Below are positions 49,223-63,759 of a stretch of DNA of 64,000 nucleotides, piece by piece. Numbering within the stretch: position 1 is the stretch's first letter; every line of letters starts with the position of its first letter. Both the position numbers and the translations under genes were made by a program. This DNA comes from the human T2T-CHM13v2.0 reference genome, Homo sapiens, in the NCBI RefSeq assembly GCF_009914755.1, contig NC_060948.1; one strand, written 5' to 3'. The notes under the pieces were generated by a model. It was not told the origin of the DNA, did no database searches, and saw nothing but the letters and a program-made list of their open reading frames with translations.

Positions 49223-49320
49223 CAGGGCTCTCCCGCAGTCTCCTCGGCCACCAGGATGTCGTACTCCTCGGCCGCGTACTTCTCCCAGTCCGAGAGCTCG
49301 GGGCCGCCGCTGTCACCGTC
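49214..49320 (-). CDS. PPP2R3B: PPP2R3B exon 12
   Basis: DGDSGGPELSDWEKYAAEEYDILVAEETAGEPWED(G). Confidence 0.95.
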
Positions 49321-49387
49321 CTGGAGGAAGCACACGGGTTACGTACACGGCGTGGCGCGGCCCGGCCCGCGTGCCCGCCGCACTCAC

Positions 49388-49506
49388 CCTGAGCAGGGAG
49401 ATCTGCTCTTTCTGCTCGTGGTCGAGGTACTTCTCGATGTTGAAGAAGGTGTCGAAGAAGACGTTAGCCAGCTTGCAGCGCTTCAGGTCCTGCAGCGTGA
49501 TCTTCC
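49388..49506 (-). CDS. PPP2R3B: PPP2R3B exon 11
   Basis: (G)KITLQDLKRCKLANVFFDTFFNIEKYLDHEQKEQISLLR. Confidence 0.95.
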
Positions 49507-50059
49507 CTGCGGGGAGGGGAGTGCGTCCAAGGCGCGTGAGCCCGGTCTCACCTTCGGGGCCTGGGTGTGGGGTGCGCGCGTCCTGTCACACGTGCTTAAG
49601 GACGCGGCACGAAGCTCCGGGCTCTCACGCCACGTGTTTGACGTGAAAGGCGGACACGCGAGTGTCCTGGTTCTGGGTGGGGACTGAGGCGTGGGAGGCC
49701 GTGATGCGGAGGCGACTAGGGGCCACCGGTGCCCCAAGGATGCGTGGACTGGGACTAGCGCAGGGAGGCGCGGCCAGCAGGGGCGCTGCTGGATCTGAAA
49801 TTACAGAGAACGGAGCTCCCCGTGCAGGCAGAGGCCAGAGGGTGTCCCGGGGACACTGAGCAGCAGGAGGCGCCCCATGGCCGGGGGGGGCAGGGCTGCA
49901 GGGCGGTGCCCGGGCCTCAGAGCCATTTCCAAAGTGAAAGTCCCAGAGCTGGATTCTGAGATGCAGAAGGAAGCCAGGCGGCGTGGACGGTGGGGCTCCC
50001 CTTTGCCTTAGAGGGCACGGGGGTGGGTGGGAGGAGCTGGGGAGATGGTGTGGGGGGAA

Positions 50060-50852
50060 CAGGGGTGAGGGGAGGAGCCGGGGGGGGGGTGAGAGGGGAG
50101 GAGCCGGGGGGGTGAGAGGGGAGGAGCCGGGGGGGGTGAGAGGGGAGGAGCCGGGGGGGGGTGAGAGGGGAGGAGCCGGGGGGGGGTGAGAGGGGAGGAG
50201 CCGGGGGGGGATGAGAGGGGAGGAGCCGGGGGGGTGAGAGGGGAGGAGCCGGGGGGGGTGAGAGGGGAGGAGCCGGGGGGGGGGTGAGAGGGGAGGAGCC
50301 GGGGGGGGGTGAGAGGGAGGAGCCGGGGGGGGGTGAGAGGGGAGGAGCCGGGGGGGGGTGAGAGGGGAGGAGCCGGGGGGGGGTGAGAGGGGAGGAGCCG
50401 GGGGGGGTGAGAAGGGAGGAGCCGGAGGGGGTGAGAGGGGAGGAGCCGGGGGGGGGGTGAGAGGGGAGGAGCCGGGGGGGGGTGAGAGGGGAGGAGCCGG
50501 GGGGGGGGTGAGAGGGGAGGAGCTGGGGGGGGTGAGAGGGGAGGAGCCGGGGGGGTGAGAGGGGAGGAGCCGGGGGGGTGAGAGGGGAGGAGCCGGGGGG
50601 GTGAGAGGGGAGGAGATGGGGGGGGGGTGAGAGGGGAGGAGATGGGGGGGGGTGAGAGGGGAGGAGATGGGGGGGGGTGAGAGGGGAGGAGATGGGGGGG
50701 GTGAGAGGGGAGGAGATGGGGGGGGGTGAGGGGAGGAGATGGGGGGGGGGCGAGAGGGGGGGAGGAGCCGGGGGGGGGGTGAGAAGGGAGGAGACGGGGG
50801 GGGGGCGGGGTGAGAGGGGAGGAGACGGGGGGGGGGGGGGGGGAGGGGAGGA
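50060..50852. repeat. G-rich ~24-bp VNTR (gagaggggaggagccggggggggt)n
   Basis: Tandem units with variable poly-G runs. Confidence 0.95.
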
Positions 50853-51054
50853 CCGCCTTGTGCGGCATCAGCACGAACGTGGCAACTGCTCCCTCAGCCC
50901 AGTGCCAACGTCCCCGGTGAGCTCCGGCCCTAGGTTCTCTAGGTCACCCCTCGGGGGGTGTCGACGCCCCGAATAGGAGGTTCTTGCACTGTGAGACTAG
51001 GCACCTGTGGTGCTGGCCCTCCTCACAAACTCAGTAGGACAGCGCCTCACAGGG

Positions 51055-51372
51055 ACGTCCCCTCACCCTGGTCCGTCCCCCCTCCCGTCTGTCCCCTCAC
51101 CCTGGGCCGTCCCCCCTCCCGTCCGTCCCCTCACCCTGGGCCGTCCCCCCTCCCGTCCGTCCCCTCACCCTGGGCCGTCCCCCCTCCCGTCCGTCCCCTC
51201 ACCCTGGGCCGTCCTCCCTCCCGTCCGTCCCCTCTCCCTGGGCCGTCCTCCCTCCCGTCCGTCCCCTCTCCCTGGGCTGTCATCCGTCCCCTCTCCCTGG
51301 GCCGTCCTCTCGCCCGTCCGTCCCCTCACCCTGGGCCGTCCTCTCGCCCGTCCGTCCCCTCACCCTGGGCCA
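51055..51372. repeat. ~32-bp minisatellite next to the PPP2R3B exon 10 donor
   Basis: tcccctcaccctgggccgtcccccctcccgtccg x ~10. Confidence 0.9.
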
Positions 51373-51391
51373 TGCCCTCACGGGGCATCAC

Positions 51392-51567
51392 CTTCAGTCC
51401 TCGGCTTGACCAGGTCCAGCATCTGGCAGAGGCAGTCCTGGAAGGGCAGGGCCTCGATGGCCATGCTGTCCAGCCTTCGGCACTGCTCCTCGTAGAAGTA
51501 CTCGAGCTCGAACATGGACAGGGCGCCGTCCCCGTCCAGGTCCATGCAGCGGAACCAGTACTCGATG
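51392..51567 (-). CDS. PPP2R3B: PPP2R3B exon 10 (EF-hand 2)
   Basis: (S)IEYWFRCMDLDGDGALSMFELEYFYEEQCRRLDSMAIEALPFQDCLCQMLDLVKPRTE; DxDxDG EF loop. Confidence 0.97.
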
Positions 51568-51629
51568 CTGCGGCACGGCGAGCTCTGTCAGCCCCTGCCC
51601 TGGGCCCTCCCAGCCCGTGACCTGCAGCC

Positions 51630-51860
51630 CCTGAGGCAGCCCCCACCGGGGGTGCACGCGTCCCCGCTGTGCCTTGCAGCCCCCACCGGGCGTGCAGGCA
51701 TCCCCTGCCCCCTGCCGCCCCCACCGGGCGCGCACGCGTCCCCCTGTGCCGTGCAGCCCCCACCAGGCGTGCACATGTCCCCCTGTGCCGTGCAGCCCCC
51801 ACCGGGCGTGCACATGTCCCCCTGTGCCGTGCAGCCCCCACCAGGCGTGCAGGCATCCGC
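51630..51860. repeat. ~39-bp minisatellite in PPP2R3B intron 9
   Basis: gcagcccccaccgggcgtgcacatgtccccctgtgccgt repeats. Confidence 0.85.
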
Positions 51861-51933
51861 CTGGGGACACATGTCACATGGGCGGCTCCCGGCCCCTCCA
51901 CTGGGACAAACGCATGCCGCAGCAGGAACCCAC

Positions 51934-52023
51934 CTGGTCGGTGTTTTTTTGTCTTCCTCAGAGATCAAAAACCAGACAAAGTCGGCATAGCTGATCTTCC
52001 CTTCCTTCTGCACTTTTCTGCCT
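51934..52023 (-). CDS. PPP2R3B: PPP2R3B exon 9
   Basis: (R)GRKVQKEGKISYADFVWFLISEEDKKTPT. Confidence 0.95.
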
Positions 52024-52509
52024 CTAGATCGAAAGCCAGGATGGAGAGACGAAGATGCATGTCAGGGAGAGCTTCACAGGAACGGAGCCCCTGTCCACGC
52101 GCCTCGGTGAGGGGAGCCCCCCGGGCCCGGCCCTCCTCCTGCCCCCCTCCTGCCCCTCCTCCTGCCTCTCCGGGGAGGAGGTGGAGGCCCCGTGGCCAGA
52201 GGGTTTTCCCCAGATCCAGGCAGGGTCAGGAGTGCACCTTCGTTACTGCTCACTCAGGCCCAGCGCCCGACAAGAACCCCCGACCTGGGGCCTGGGCCAC
52301 CCCCTTCCTCAGACTTCGCGTGACAGTCTTGTGCCACCCCCCCCCACTAGGGATTCACGTGACAGAGACACGTGCCCCCCTCGCCAGGGCCTGGGGTGAC
52401 AACCACTCGCTGTCGGGGCACAAAAAGCTCACGTCAGGCAACGATGAGGAGAGGGACCGGGGTCCTCGCAGGGGCAATGGCTGCCGTCAGGCGCCTGAGC
52501 CGTACGTAC

Positions 52510-52558
52510 CGTGTGACTGCTCCTGAGAAGATCCTGTCTATCATCTTGGTAGAAAGGG
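52510..52558 (-). CDS. PPP2R3B: PPP2R3B exon 8
   Basis: (A)LSTKMIDRIFSGAVT; phases 1-2 fit the neighbouring exons. Confidence 0.93.
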
Positions 52559-52909
52559 CTGGAAAGGAATGCGGTTGATGGGCAGCCCGCACCGTGCCTC
52601 GGCCCCGACGTCACCACCCCCCGGAGCCGAGACTGGATGCGGTGGGGACCGAAAAGCTGAGAGGACGCCTGGGTCTGGGAGAGCCCCGGGGCCCCGATGC
52701 CCCTGCACGGCCCATCCTAGGGGCCCACCACGCTTTCCCGTCGAGCAGAGCCAAGTCCAGCATGAAATCCACAGAGCGCAAAGCTGACCGCGGCTCCAAG
52801 ACCGACTTGTAAAGAGCAGAATATTCAGGCCTCAAAGGTACAGCTTTCAGACGGAGAGAGAGACCTCGAGTGTGATCACGGAAACAAACACGTTTCAACC
52901 AAAGGTTCA

Positions 52910-55008
52910 CCAACGGGAGACGGGAGTGAGACCTCAGCAACGGGAGGCGGGAGTGAGACCTCAGCAACGGGAGGCGGGAGTGAGACCTCAGCAACGGGAG
53001 GCGGGAGTGAGACCTCAGCAACGGGAGGCGGGAGGGAGACCTCAGCAACGGGAGGCGGGAGGGAGACCTCAGCAACGGGAGGCGGGAGGGAGACCTCAGC
53101 AACGGGAGGCGGGAGGGAGACCTCGCCAACGGGAGGCGGGAGGGAGACCTCGCCAACGGGAGGCGGGAGGGAGACCTCGCCAACGGGAGGCGGGAGGGAG
53201 ACCTCGCCAACGGGAGGCGGGAGTGAGACCTCGCCAACGGGAGGCGGGAGTGAGACCTCGCCAACGGGAGGCGGGAGTGAGACCTCGCCAACGGGAGGCG
53301 GGAGTGAGACCTCGCCAACGGGAGGCGGGAGTGAGACCTCGCCAACGGGAGGCGGGAGTGAGACCTCGCCAACGGGAGGCGGGAGGGAGACCTCAGCAAC
53401 GGGAGGCGGGAGGGAGACCTCAGCAACGGGAGGCGGGAGGGAGACCTCAGCAACGGGAGGCGGGAGGGAGACCTCAGCAACGGGAGGCGGGAGGGAGACC
53501 TCAGCAACGGGAGGCGGGAGTGAGACCTCGCCAAGGAGAGGCGGGAGTGAGACCTCGCCAACGGGAGGCGGGAGTGAGACCTCGCCAACGGGAGGCGGGA
53601 GTGAGACCTCAGCAACGGGAGGCGGGAGTGAGACCTCAGCAACGGGAGGCGGGAGTGAGACCTCGCCAAGGAGAGGCGGGAGTGAGACCTCGCCAACGGG
53701 AGGCGGGAGGGAGACCTCGCCAACGGGAGGCGGGAGGGAGACCTCAGCAACGGGAGGCGGGAGGGAGACCTCGCCAACGGGAGGCGGGAGGGAGACCTCG
53801 CCAACGGGAGGCGGGAGGGAGACCTCGCCAACGGGAGGCGGGAGGGAGACCTCGCCAACGGGAGGCGGGAGGGAGACCTCGCCAACGGGAGGCGGGAGGG
53901 AGACCTCGCCAACGGGAGGCGGGAGGGAGACCTCGCCAACGGGAGGCGGGAGGGAGACCTCGCCAACGGGAGGCGGGAGGGAGACCTCGCCAACGGGAGG
54001 CGGGAGGGAGACCTCGCCAACGGGAGGCGGGAGGGAGACCTCGCCAACGGGAGGCGGGAGGGAGACCTCGCCAACGGGAGGCGGGAGGGAGACCTCGCCA
54101 ACGGGAGGCGGGAGGGAGACCTCGCCAACGGGAGGCGGGAGGGAGACCTCGCCAACGGGAGGCGGGAGGGAGACCTCGCCAACGGGAGGCGGGAGTGAGA
54201 CCTCGCCAACGGGAGGCGGGAGTGAGACCTCGCCAACGGGAGGCGGGAGTGAGACCTCGCCAACGGGAGGCGGGAGTGAGACCTCGCCAACGGGAGGCGG
54301 GAGGGAGACCTCGCCAACGGGAGGCGGGAGTGAGACCTCAGCAACGGGAGGCGGGAGTGAGACCTCACCAAGGAGACGCGGGAGTGAGACCTCAGCAACG
54401 GGAGGGGGGGAGGGAGACCTCACCAAGGAGACGCGGGAGTGAGACCTCAGCAACGGGAGGCGGGAGGGAGACCTCACCAAGGAGACGCGGGAGTGAGACC
54501 TCAGCAACGGGAGGCGGGAGGGAGACCTCACCAAGGAGAGGCGGGAGGGAGACCTCAGCAACGGGAGGCGGGAGGGAGACCTCAGCAACGGGAGGCGGGA
54601 GGGAGACCTCAGCAACGGGAGGCGGGAGGGAGACCTCAGCAACGGGAGGCGGGAGGGAGACGTCGCCAAGGAGAGGCGGGAGGGAGACGTCGCCAACGGG
54701 AGGCGGGAGGGAGACGTCGCCAACGGGAGGCGGGAGGGAGACCTCACCAACGGGAGGCGGGAGTGAGACCTCACCAACGGGAGGCGGGAGGGAGACCTCA
54801 GCAACGGGAGGCGGGAGGGAGACCTCACCAACGGGAGGCGGGAGTGAGACCTCAGCAACGGGAGGCGGGATTGAGACCTCACCAACGGGAGGCCGGAGTG
54901 AGACCTCACCAAGGAGAGGCGGGAGTGAGACCTCACCAACGGGAGGCCGGAGTGAGACCTCACCAACGGGAGGCGGGAGGGAGACCTCACCAACGGGAGG
55001 CAGGAGTG
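52910..55008. repeat. 27-bp CpG-rich VNTR (~78 copies) in PPP2R3B intron 7
   Basis: caacgggaggcgggag(t/g)gagacct(cag/cgc/cac). Confidence 0.97.
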
Positions 55009-56169
55009 AAAGCACCGTCGCCGTCAGCTTGGGCCACGAGAAGGTCCCGCAGCCTGGGCGGCCATCCCTGCGGTCACCGGTGTCCCTGGGACGCACGAGC
55101 CAAGGTGCCGCCCCCCGCTTCAGGCCGCAGTGCGTGAGAAACAGCGCAGCCCGGCCGCACACGGCATCCTGCCCTGGGACCGAGAGTGGGCTCCAGAGGA
55201 ACGCGGAAAGCTGGGGCCGCGCCGGGCCGGGGGTTCACAGGGACAGTGAGCGCCTGGTTCTGGGCCGATTCCCAGCTGTGCAGGTGCTGGCCCAGGCCAC
55301 ACGGGCCGGCGCTGTGGAGCTGTGCTCTCCTCGTGGCTAGTTAGGGGCCCAGGGCGCAGGTGGCTCCCTGAACTGAGCGCAGGACAAATCCAGGGAATGC
55401 TACGTCTGCTCAGGTGCGCGTCCGACGCAGGGATCTACTGCGGCCACGCGACCCAGGACCAGCCCCGGGAGACGCAGACGGGTGCAGCTCACGTTCGGGG
55501 AACCAGGCGTATTATGAGTCGACCACACACAACAGATGCCACCGTAATTCGGACACAGTCTTGGTCATATGGTTTTTTGGGGTAAAAAGCACACTTAAAG
55601 GAATCCTTTAGAAAACTCAAGCCCCACAGGCCACAGGCCGCTTTGAGTTCCTGCAAGTGTGGATGACTCTTAGAGGGGCCGGGAGGCAGTGGCTGCTGTG
55701 AGGACACCTGGGCGGCACCGGCTCCCGCGGAGGTATATGAACGACCGCTAAGCCTGGGGCTCCACCTAGCCCGGGATTGGATGGAAACTGCTCCAGGCCT
55801 TGGGGGCTGGAACCTGGAGCTCCTGAGGGAAGGCGTGTGGCCTGCCCGCCCTTGCTCGGGTGTTAACAAGGAAGCCCCACAGCGCTGCTGGCCCTCGGGC
55901 CAGGAGCTTCAGGACCAGCGGCCCACACTGACCCTGTAGACGCCCCCAGGCAGAGGCCTCGGGCAGAGGCGCACGCGGGGACCCAGACACGGGGCAGCGA
56001 CTGGGGAAGGAGAGGCAGCTGCAGACACAGAGCGGCGAGTGCGAAGGAGAGGCAGCTGCAGACACAGAGCTGGGAGTGCGGAAGGAGAGGCAGCTGCAGA
56101 CCCGCAGGCCCTGAGAGAAGGGTGTGCTCGGTGTCCGCGCGGCCCGCCCGCCCCTGTGCCCCCACGCAC

Positions 56170-56326
56170 CGTGGTCATTGTGCCGCGCCAGGTCGTCCGC
56201 GTCGATGAGCAGGTCGTGGTCCGTGTCCAGCTCCCAGAACTTGCAGTAGATGACGTAGAAATGCTCGTACGAGAAGAATTCGGTCAGCTGGTTGATGTCC
56301 GCCTCCTCCTCCAGCAGCGCCACATT
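56170..56326 (-). CDS. PPP2R3B: PPP2R3B exon 7 (EF-hand 1)
   Basis: [52 protein letters not shown]. Confidence 0.97.
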
Positions 56327-56827
56327 CTGCCAAAGGACCCAGGCGGCCTGAGCGCGGGGCCTCTGCGGGGATGCCCCAAGTCCGCCTGGCTGCGGGCGGG
56401 GCAGGGAAGGCTGGGAGGGTCGGGGCCGCTCCGTGGGTGGGGGGGACTGGGCAGCTGGGGCCGGGGGGCACTCCGAGTGGGGGCAACTCTGCGGTGGGGG
56501 GAGCTCCAGCATGGGGGTGGCTCCCTAGGCGGGTGTGGGGGTGGGGGCAGCTCTGGGGGAGTCAGGGCTCGGCTCCCCCTCAGGGTGGTGCCCAGTACGG
56601 CCCCACCCGCCTCCTAGATCAACCGTGGACCCCCAACCGCAGGCGGCGGGGTTCCAGTGCTCACAGGCCTGGGGGTGGGCTGGGAGCGCGGTGGAGGTGG
56701 GGGTGGGGGTGGGGGTGGGAGAGGGGGTGGGAGGGGAGGAGGGAGGGGGGAGGAGGGAAGGGAAGGGAGTGGAGGTAGGAGGGGTAGGGACAAGGCAGGG
56801 GGCAGGGGACAGGGGGCCGCTCCGCAC

Positions 56828-56914
56828 CTGCAGGAAGGAGCTCCTCCGCAGCTCGGCGCAGGTGATCCTGCCGGACCAGGACCGGTTCACGGCGTAGAAG
56901 ATCCGCTGGATGAC
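56828..56914 (-). CDS. PPP2R3B: PPP2R3B exon 6
   Basis: VIQRIFYAVNRSWSGRITCAELRRSSFLQ. Confidence 0.96.
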
Positions 56915-57354
56915 CTGCGGGGGCGCTGTCAGTGCGGTGGGTGCGCAGAGACCCCCAGGAGCCTCGCCCCGCACGGAGACCGGGAGCCGGGAGAGGGGCG
57001 CGCCCTTGGTCTCAGCCGCACGGGGCCGCCAGGGCACAGGCGGGGGCAGAGGGAAGGGCCCTGCGGGAGGCGCCGCCCCAGGCCGCGGAAAGCGGGGAGG
57101 GTCTGGCCGGGGACGCCCCGGAGCTACACGGGCCCAGGACAGGTGGGAAGGGGGTGCGGCCACCCCGGAAAACCAGAGTCCCCCCAACACCGGGCTCCCG
57201 GGCGGGTGGAGACTCTCCCAGAGCGCGGCCGCCTCCTCCGGAAGCTCAGGAACCCCGGGCCCCGCCCGCCCCGTCCGCAGAAGCCCCGCGGCGGCCGCTG
57301 CAGAAACACCCGCGCCCCGCGCTGGAACCGACGGCCCCTCCGCTGGGGACCCAC

Positions 57355-57429
57355 CGTGGTGATGTAGCGCGAGTGGAACTCGGACGCCTCCTTCAGGAAC
57401 GACAGCCCCGGGTGCGTGTTCACCACGTC
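57355..57429 (-). CDS. PPP2R3B: PPP2R3B exon 5
   Basis: DVVNTHPGLSFLKEASEFHSRYITT. Confidence 0.96.
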
Positions 57430-57449
57430 CTGCGGGTGGGAAGACACGA

Positions 57450-57880
57450 GGCGCGTGGTGTAGACGCCGGCCCTCCCGTGAGGTGTGCGGTGTGGACGCT
57501 GCAGACGCGGACCCTCCCGTGAGCGATGAGGTGTGCGGTGTAGACGCCGGCCCTCCCGTGAGGGATGAGGCGTATGGTGTAGACGCCGGCCCTCCCGTGA
57601 GGGATGAGGCATGTGGTGTAGACGCGGGCCCTCCCGTGAGGTGTGCAGTGTAGACGCGGACCCTCCCGTGAGCGATGAGGTGTGCGGTGTAGACGCGGAC
57701 CCTCCCATGAGGGATGAGGCATGTGGTGTAGACGCGGGCCCTCCCATGAGGTGTGCGGTGTAGACGCGGACCCTCCCGTGAGGGATGAGGCGTGTGGTGT
57801 AGACGCCGGCCCTCCCATGAGGCATGCGGTGTAGACGCGGGCCCTCCCGTGAAGGATAAGGCCTGTGGTGTAGACGCAGG
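57450..57880. repeat. 31/39-bp minisatellite filling most of PPP2R3B intron 4
   Basis: ggtgtagacgcgggccctcccgtgag(ggatgag)g repeats. Confidence 0.9.
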
Positions 57881-57887
57881 CTCTCAC

Positions 57888-57990
57888 CTGCAAGAAGGGG
57901 ACAAAGTCCTCCTGCACCAGGTAGTTGCAGCCGGGGCTCATGAGCAGATGGACGAACTTGGCCGCGTCGTCGTGGCAGTTCTGGAGGATT
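57888..57990 (-). CDS. PPP2R3B: PPP2R3B exon 4
   Basis: (K)ILQNCHDDAAKFVHLLMSPGCNYLVQEDFVPFLQ. Confidence 0.96.
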
Positions 57991-58243
57991 CTGGAAGGAC
58001 AGGATGACTGGGCACCACCCTCACAGGGGGGTGGCTTTCGACCCCGCAGACGCAGGGTGGAACACGTGTGTGGTGTTCCACGTGGTGCGTGGCAGGTGGC
58101 CACACACGACGGCCAGGCCTGTGCCCGTACAAGGGTTTCTCCTCTCACTGCGGCAGCCTCAGGGGGCACCCGTCCTGGCACCACGGGGACCCGGGGACGC
58201 CTCCGCCCTCCCGACACAGCCCCCTGCCCAGCCCAGGACTCAC

Positions 58244-58347
58244 TTTCTCCACATGGCGACGAACTTGTGGACGGACACGGAGCCCGTGCGCTCCCCGCCG
58301 GCGCCATAGAAGAGCGGCCCCTTCCAGTAGAGGGGGCAGCCGCAGGC
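58244..58347 (-). CDS. PPP2R3B: PPP2R3B exon 3 (first exon inside the window)
   Basis: ACGCPLYWKGPLFYGAGGERTGSVSVHKFVAMWR; in-window exons sum to 1218 nt = 405 aa + stop; exon numbering assumes two upstream coding exons. Confidence 0.95.
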
Positions 58348-58599
58348 CTGGGGCAGAGAGGGCAGGAGTGGGCAGTCAGCAGGGCCTGGACGCCGGCGCT
58401 CCTGCTGCGTACCTCGCGCCTGACCGACGCCGCCCAGAGACCCTCTGCTGCAGAAAGACACAGCACGCTCAGCGCGGCCTGTCTGGGCATCTGCAAACTC
58501 AACGTGGCTTTCGCTCCAGCCTTCAATCAGTCATGAGAGCTGAGCGTGGGAGTGCCGGGCACGCAGTATCCCCTGACCACAGACCACGCGTGGGCACTG

Positions 58600-61000
<2,401 letters not shown>

Positions 61001-62154
61001 GCCACACGTGCGCTCCCTGAAGGAAGGGAGCACCGCTGCACCGCCCCAGCGCAGGACTCAGGGTCAGCTACCGGCACGGTGAACACCATGACAGGACATG
61101 ACACAGAGGGAGAAATGTCTCTGCAAGGCGAGATTCTGACGAGGGACTCAGAGGCAGAATTTTAAGCATCAGTGAGAAAGAGGCCCGAACACGACCGAGT
61201 GGACATGCACTGCCCTCCGGAGAGGGGTGCACGGTGGCCGTAGACAAGGGGAAGCGCCCAGCACTGGCGCCGGCGAGGGCAGGGTTCACAGGGCATGGAG
61301 AGGTGGCAACAAGAACATGACACGCGCGGCTGAGACAAAAAGGACTGAAGACGCCAGGTCCCGCGAGGCTGCCAGGCAGCTGGGTGTCCTCCGCGTTGCT
61401 GGGGGAACTGGGACGCCACGCAGCTGCCGGGAAAGCGGCCCACGGGGCGGCTGAGCGTAAAGCCCCGTGGCCCGGCCAGGACATCTGTCCTCCCAGAAGC
61501 ACACCAGTGGGAAGAGGGCCCGTGCCCGTGAGAGCCTGCACAGATGGGGACGTCGGCTGCTTGGTTCACGGTGCCCCAGGCGAGAGGAGTCGGACGCCAG
61601 AGCAGGGACTGGAGGAATAAACTGTGGCAGAGTCGTCCTGACAGGTGCAGGGCGGGAGTGACCACGGGGGGGCGTGGGGGACTGCAGAGGGGGCTGCGCG
61701 CCACAGCGGGGATTGCAGTGCTGCTATGGGAAAGGACGCGCTCCGGCTGGCGCACCTGTGGATGACTTGAAGGCAGCCGTGTGCGGCTGGAGGGGCCGGG
61801 CCCCGCAGGACGCACAGGCACGTGCCGGCTCCCGTGATGAGGATCCTGACGGAGCTCAGCCCTGGCCACCTGGAAGGGCGTCCCGGTGCGGTGGGAGGGA
61901 ACGAGCCGGGTGCAGCACCGGGTCCTTGGGCTAGTGCTAGTCCCACGCTTTTGACCTCATGAGACCATTCTGGCTCACAGGCCGTGCAGGTTTCAAACCC
62001 CAAGCGCTCAACACCCAGGGATGGGGGGATGTGTGAGCCTTCACATCTGTGCTCCTCACCGCGTGCAAGACACACCGTCATGACCCGGTGGCAGGGATGG
62101 AGCATCAGATCTATCCAGCCGTGCAGGATATAGCGTCTCATGTGTCCAGACCTG

Positions 62155-62800
62155 CAGGCTGGAGTGCAGTGTGTGATCACAGCGTGATCCATTTTTATTC
62201 TACTTGTTTTTCGAGACACGGTCTTGCTGTTGCCCAGGCTGGAGTGCAGTGTGTGATCACAGCGTGATCCATTTTTATTCTACTTGTTTTTCGAGACACG
62301 GTCTTGCTGTTGCCCAGGCTGGACTGCAGTGTGTGATCACAGCGTGATCCATTTTTATTCTACTTGTTTTTCGAGACACGGTCTTGCTGTTGCCCAGGCT
62401 GGAGTGCAGTGTGTGATCACAGCGTGATCCATTTTTTATTCTACTTGTTTTTCGAGACACGGTCTTGCTGTTGCCCAGGCTGGAGTGCAGTGTGTGATCA
62501 CAGCGTGATCCATTTTTTATTCTACTTGTTTTTCGAGACACGGTCTTGCTGTTGCCCAGGCTGGAGTGCAGTGTGTGATCACAGCTCAGTGCAGTCTCAA
62601 CTTCACGGGCTCAAGCAATCCTCCCACCTTAGCCTCCCAAGTAGCTGGCACCACAGGTGCGCGCTATCATGCCTGGGTAATTTTTTTAATTTCTACAGTG
62701 AAGTCTCACTATGTTGCCGAGGCTGGTCTGGAACCCTTGGCCGCAAGCCATCCTCCCGCCTTGGCCTCTCAAAGTGCTGGGACTACAGGGATGACACTGC
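62155..62800 (-). repeat. 80-81-bp VNTR (~5 copies) derived from the 3' end of an AluJ-like element, plus the rest of that Alu
   Basis: tcgagacacggtcttgctgttgcccaggctggagtgcagtgtgtgatcacagcgtgatccatttttattctacttgtttt at 62211, 62291, 62371, 62452 and 62533. Confidence 0.9.
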
Positions 62801-63327
62801 AACCAGAGACAGCTGCACCCCCGGCGTCTGGGGGATGAGAACTGAGCGGGAGAGTGCTGGGCACACAGTCCCCCCACCACACCAAACCCGAAAATTACCT
62901 CCAAATGAATTAGCTCATAATTTAAAATAATCCTAAAGTAAATGGAGATAATCAACTCTAAAATGCAAAAGATACAAAGGAAAGCAGTTTTACCTGAATG
63001 TCACAAAATCCTTATGGGAAAGGGAATAAAACATCAGATACCCTGATCTGACTTTTAAAAGTCTTTTCGTGATCGACACACAGAAAGACCGACTCCTTGT
63101 GGGGCCCGGCAACGCGGCGGCACGCCCACCCGCACGGCCAGGACAGGGAACGAGGCCGCCAGCCCTGACAGTCCCTTCGGCCCCTCCGCAGTCCGCTACG
63201 GCGACGGCCCCCAGGCCTCCTCCCCGTGGCTCCAGTTCACCTTTTCCAGGACACGGCAACGGGACCCGGCCATCTGCGGACTTTTAGACCTGGCTTCCCT
63301 CGCTCAGCACACGCGTGTGGGACTCAC

Positions 63328-63410
63328 ACACCTTGCTCTGTGTGGATCGTCTGCCCACCTTGCTCTGTGTGGATCGTCTGCCCACCTTGCTCTGTGTGGA
63401 TCGTCTGCCT
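63328..63410. repeat. ~27-bp tandem repeat x3
   Basis: ccttgctctgtgtggatcgtctgccca. Confidence 0.9.
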
Positions 63411-63759
63411 GTGTACTGCTGAACCCTATTCCATTATGGCTCTGCTGACCTCAGAGTAGCTCCCTGAGCAGGAAACACCGCCGGCCCCAAGGCCCACGTG
63501 ATGGTGCTGCTGAGGGGGACTCGCGAGGCAGACAAAGTCCCGAGCGTCTACAGTCGCACAGGGCACGCCGACACCGACCGACAGGTGTGAGAGGAGAAAG
63601 GAGGACGCCACAACCACGGCCGGCAAGTTCAGCACGCGTTCCTCGGCGGGTGACGGGACAAGAGGACGATCTGCAGACACGTAAAGATGTGAAAACGCTG
63701 CCGAGCTATGTGAGCGAGTGACATCGCGGAGCCAGAGGAGTCTTCAGGGTCACATGAAC

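Noticed and set aside
50008-50874. 288-aa Pro-rich ORF
   Set aside because: Translation of the G-rich 24-bp VNTR.
52611-55340. 822/705/595-aa repetitive ORFs
   Set aside because: A consequence of a stop-free 27-bp VNTR in an intron; no independent coding evidence.
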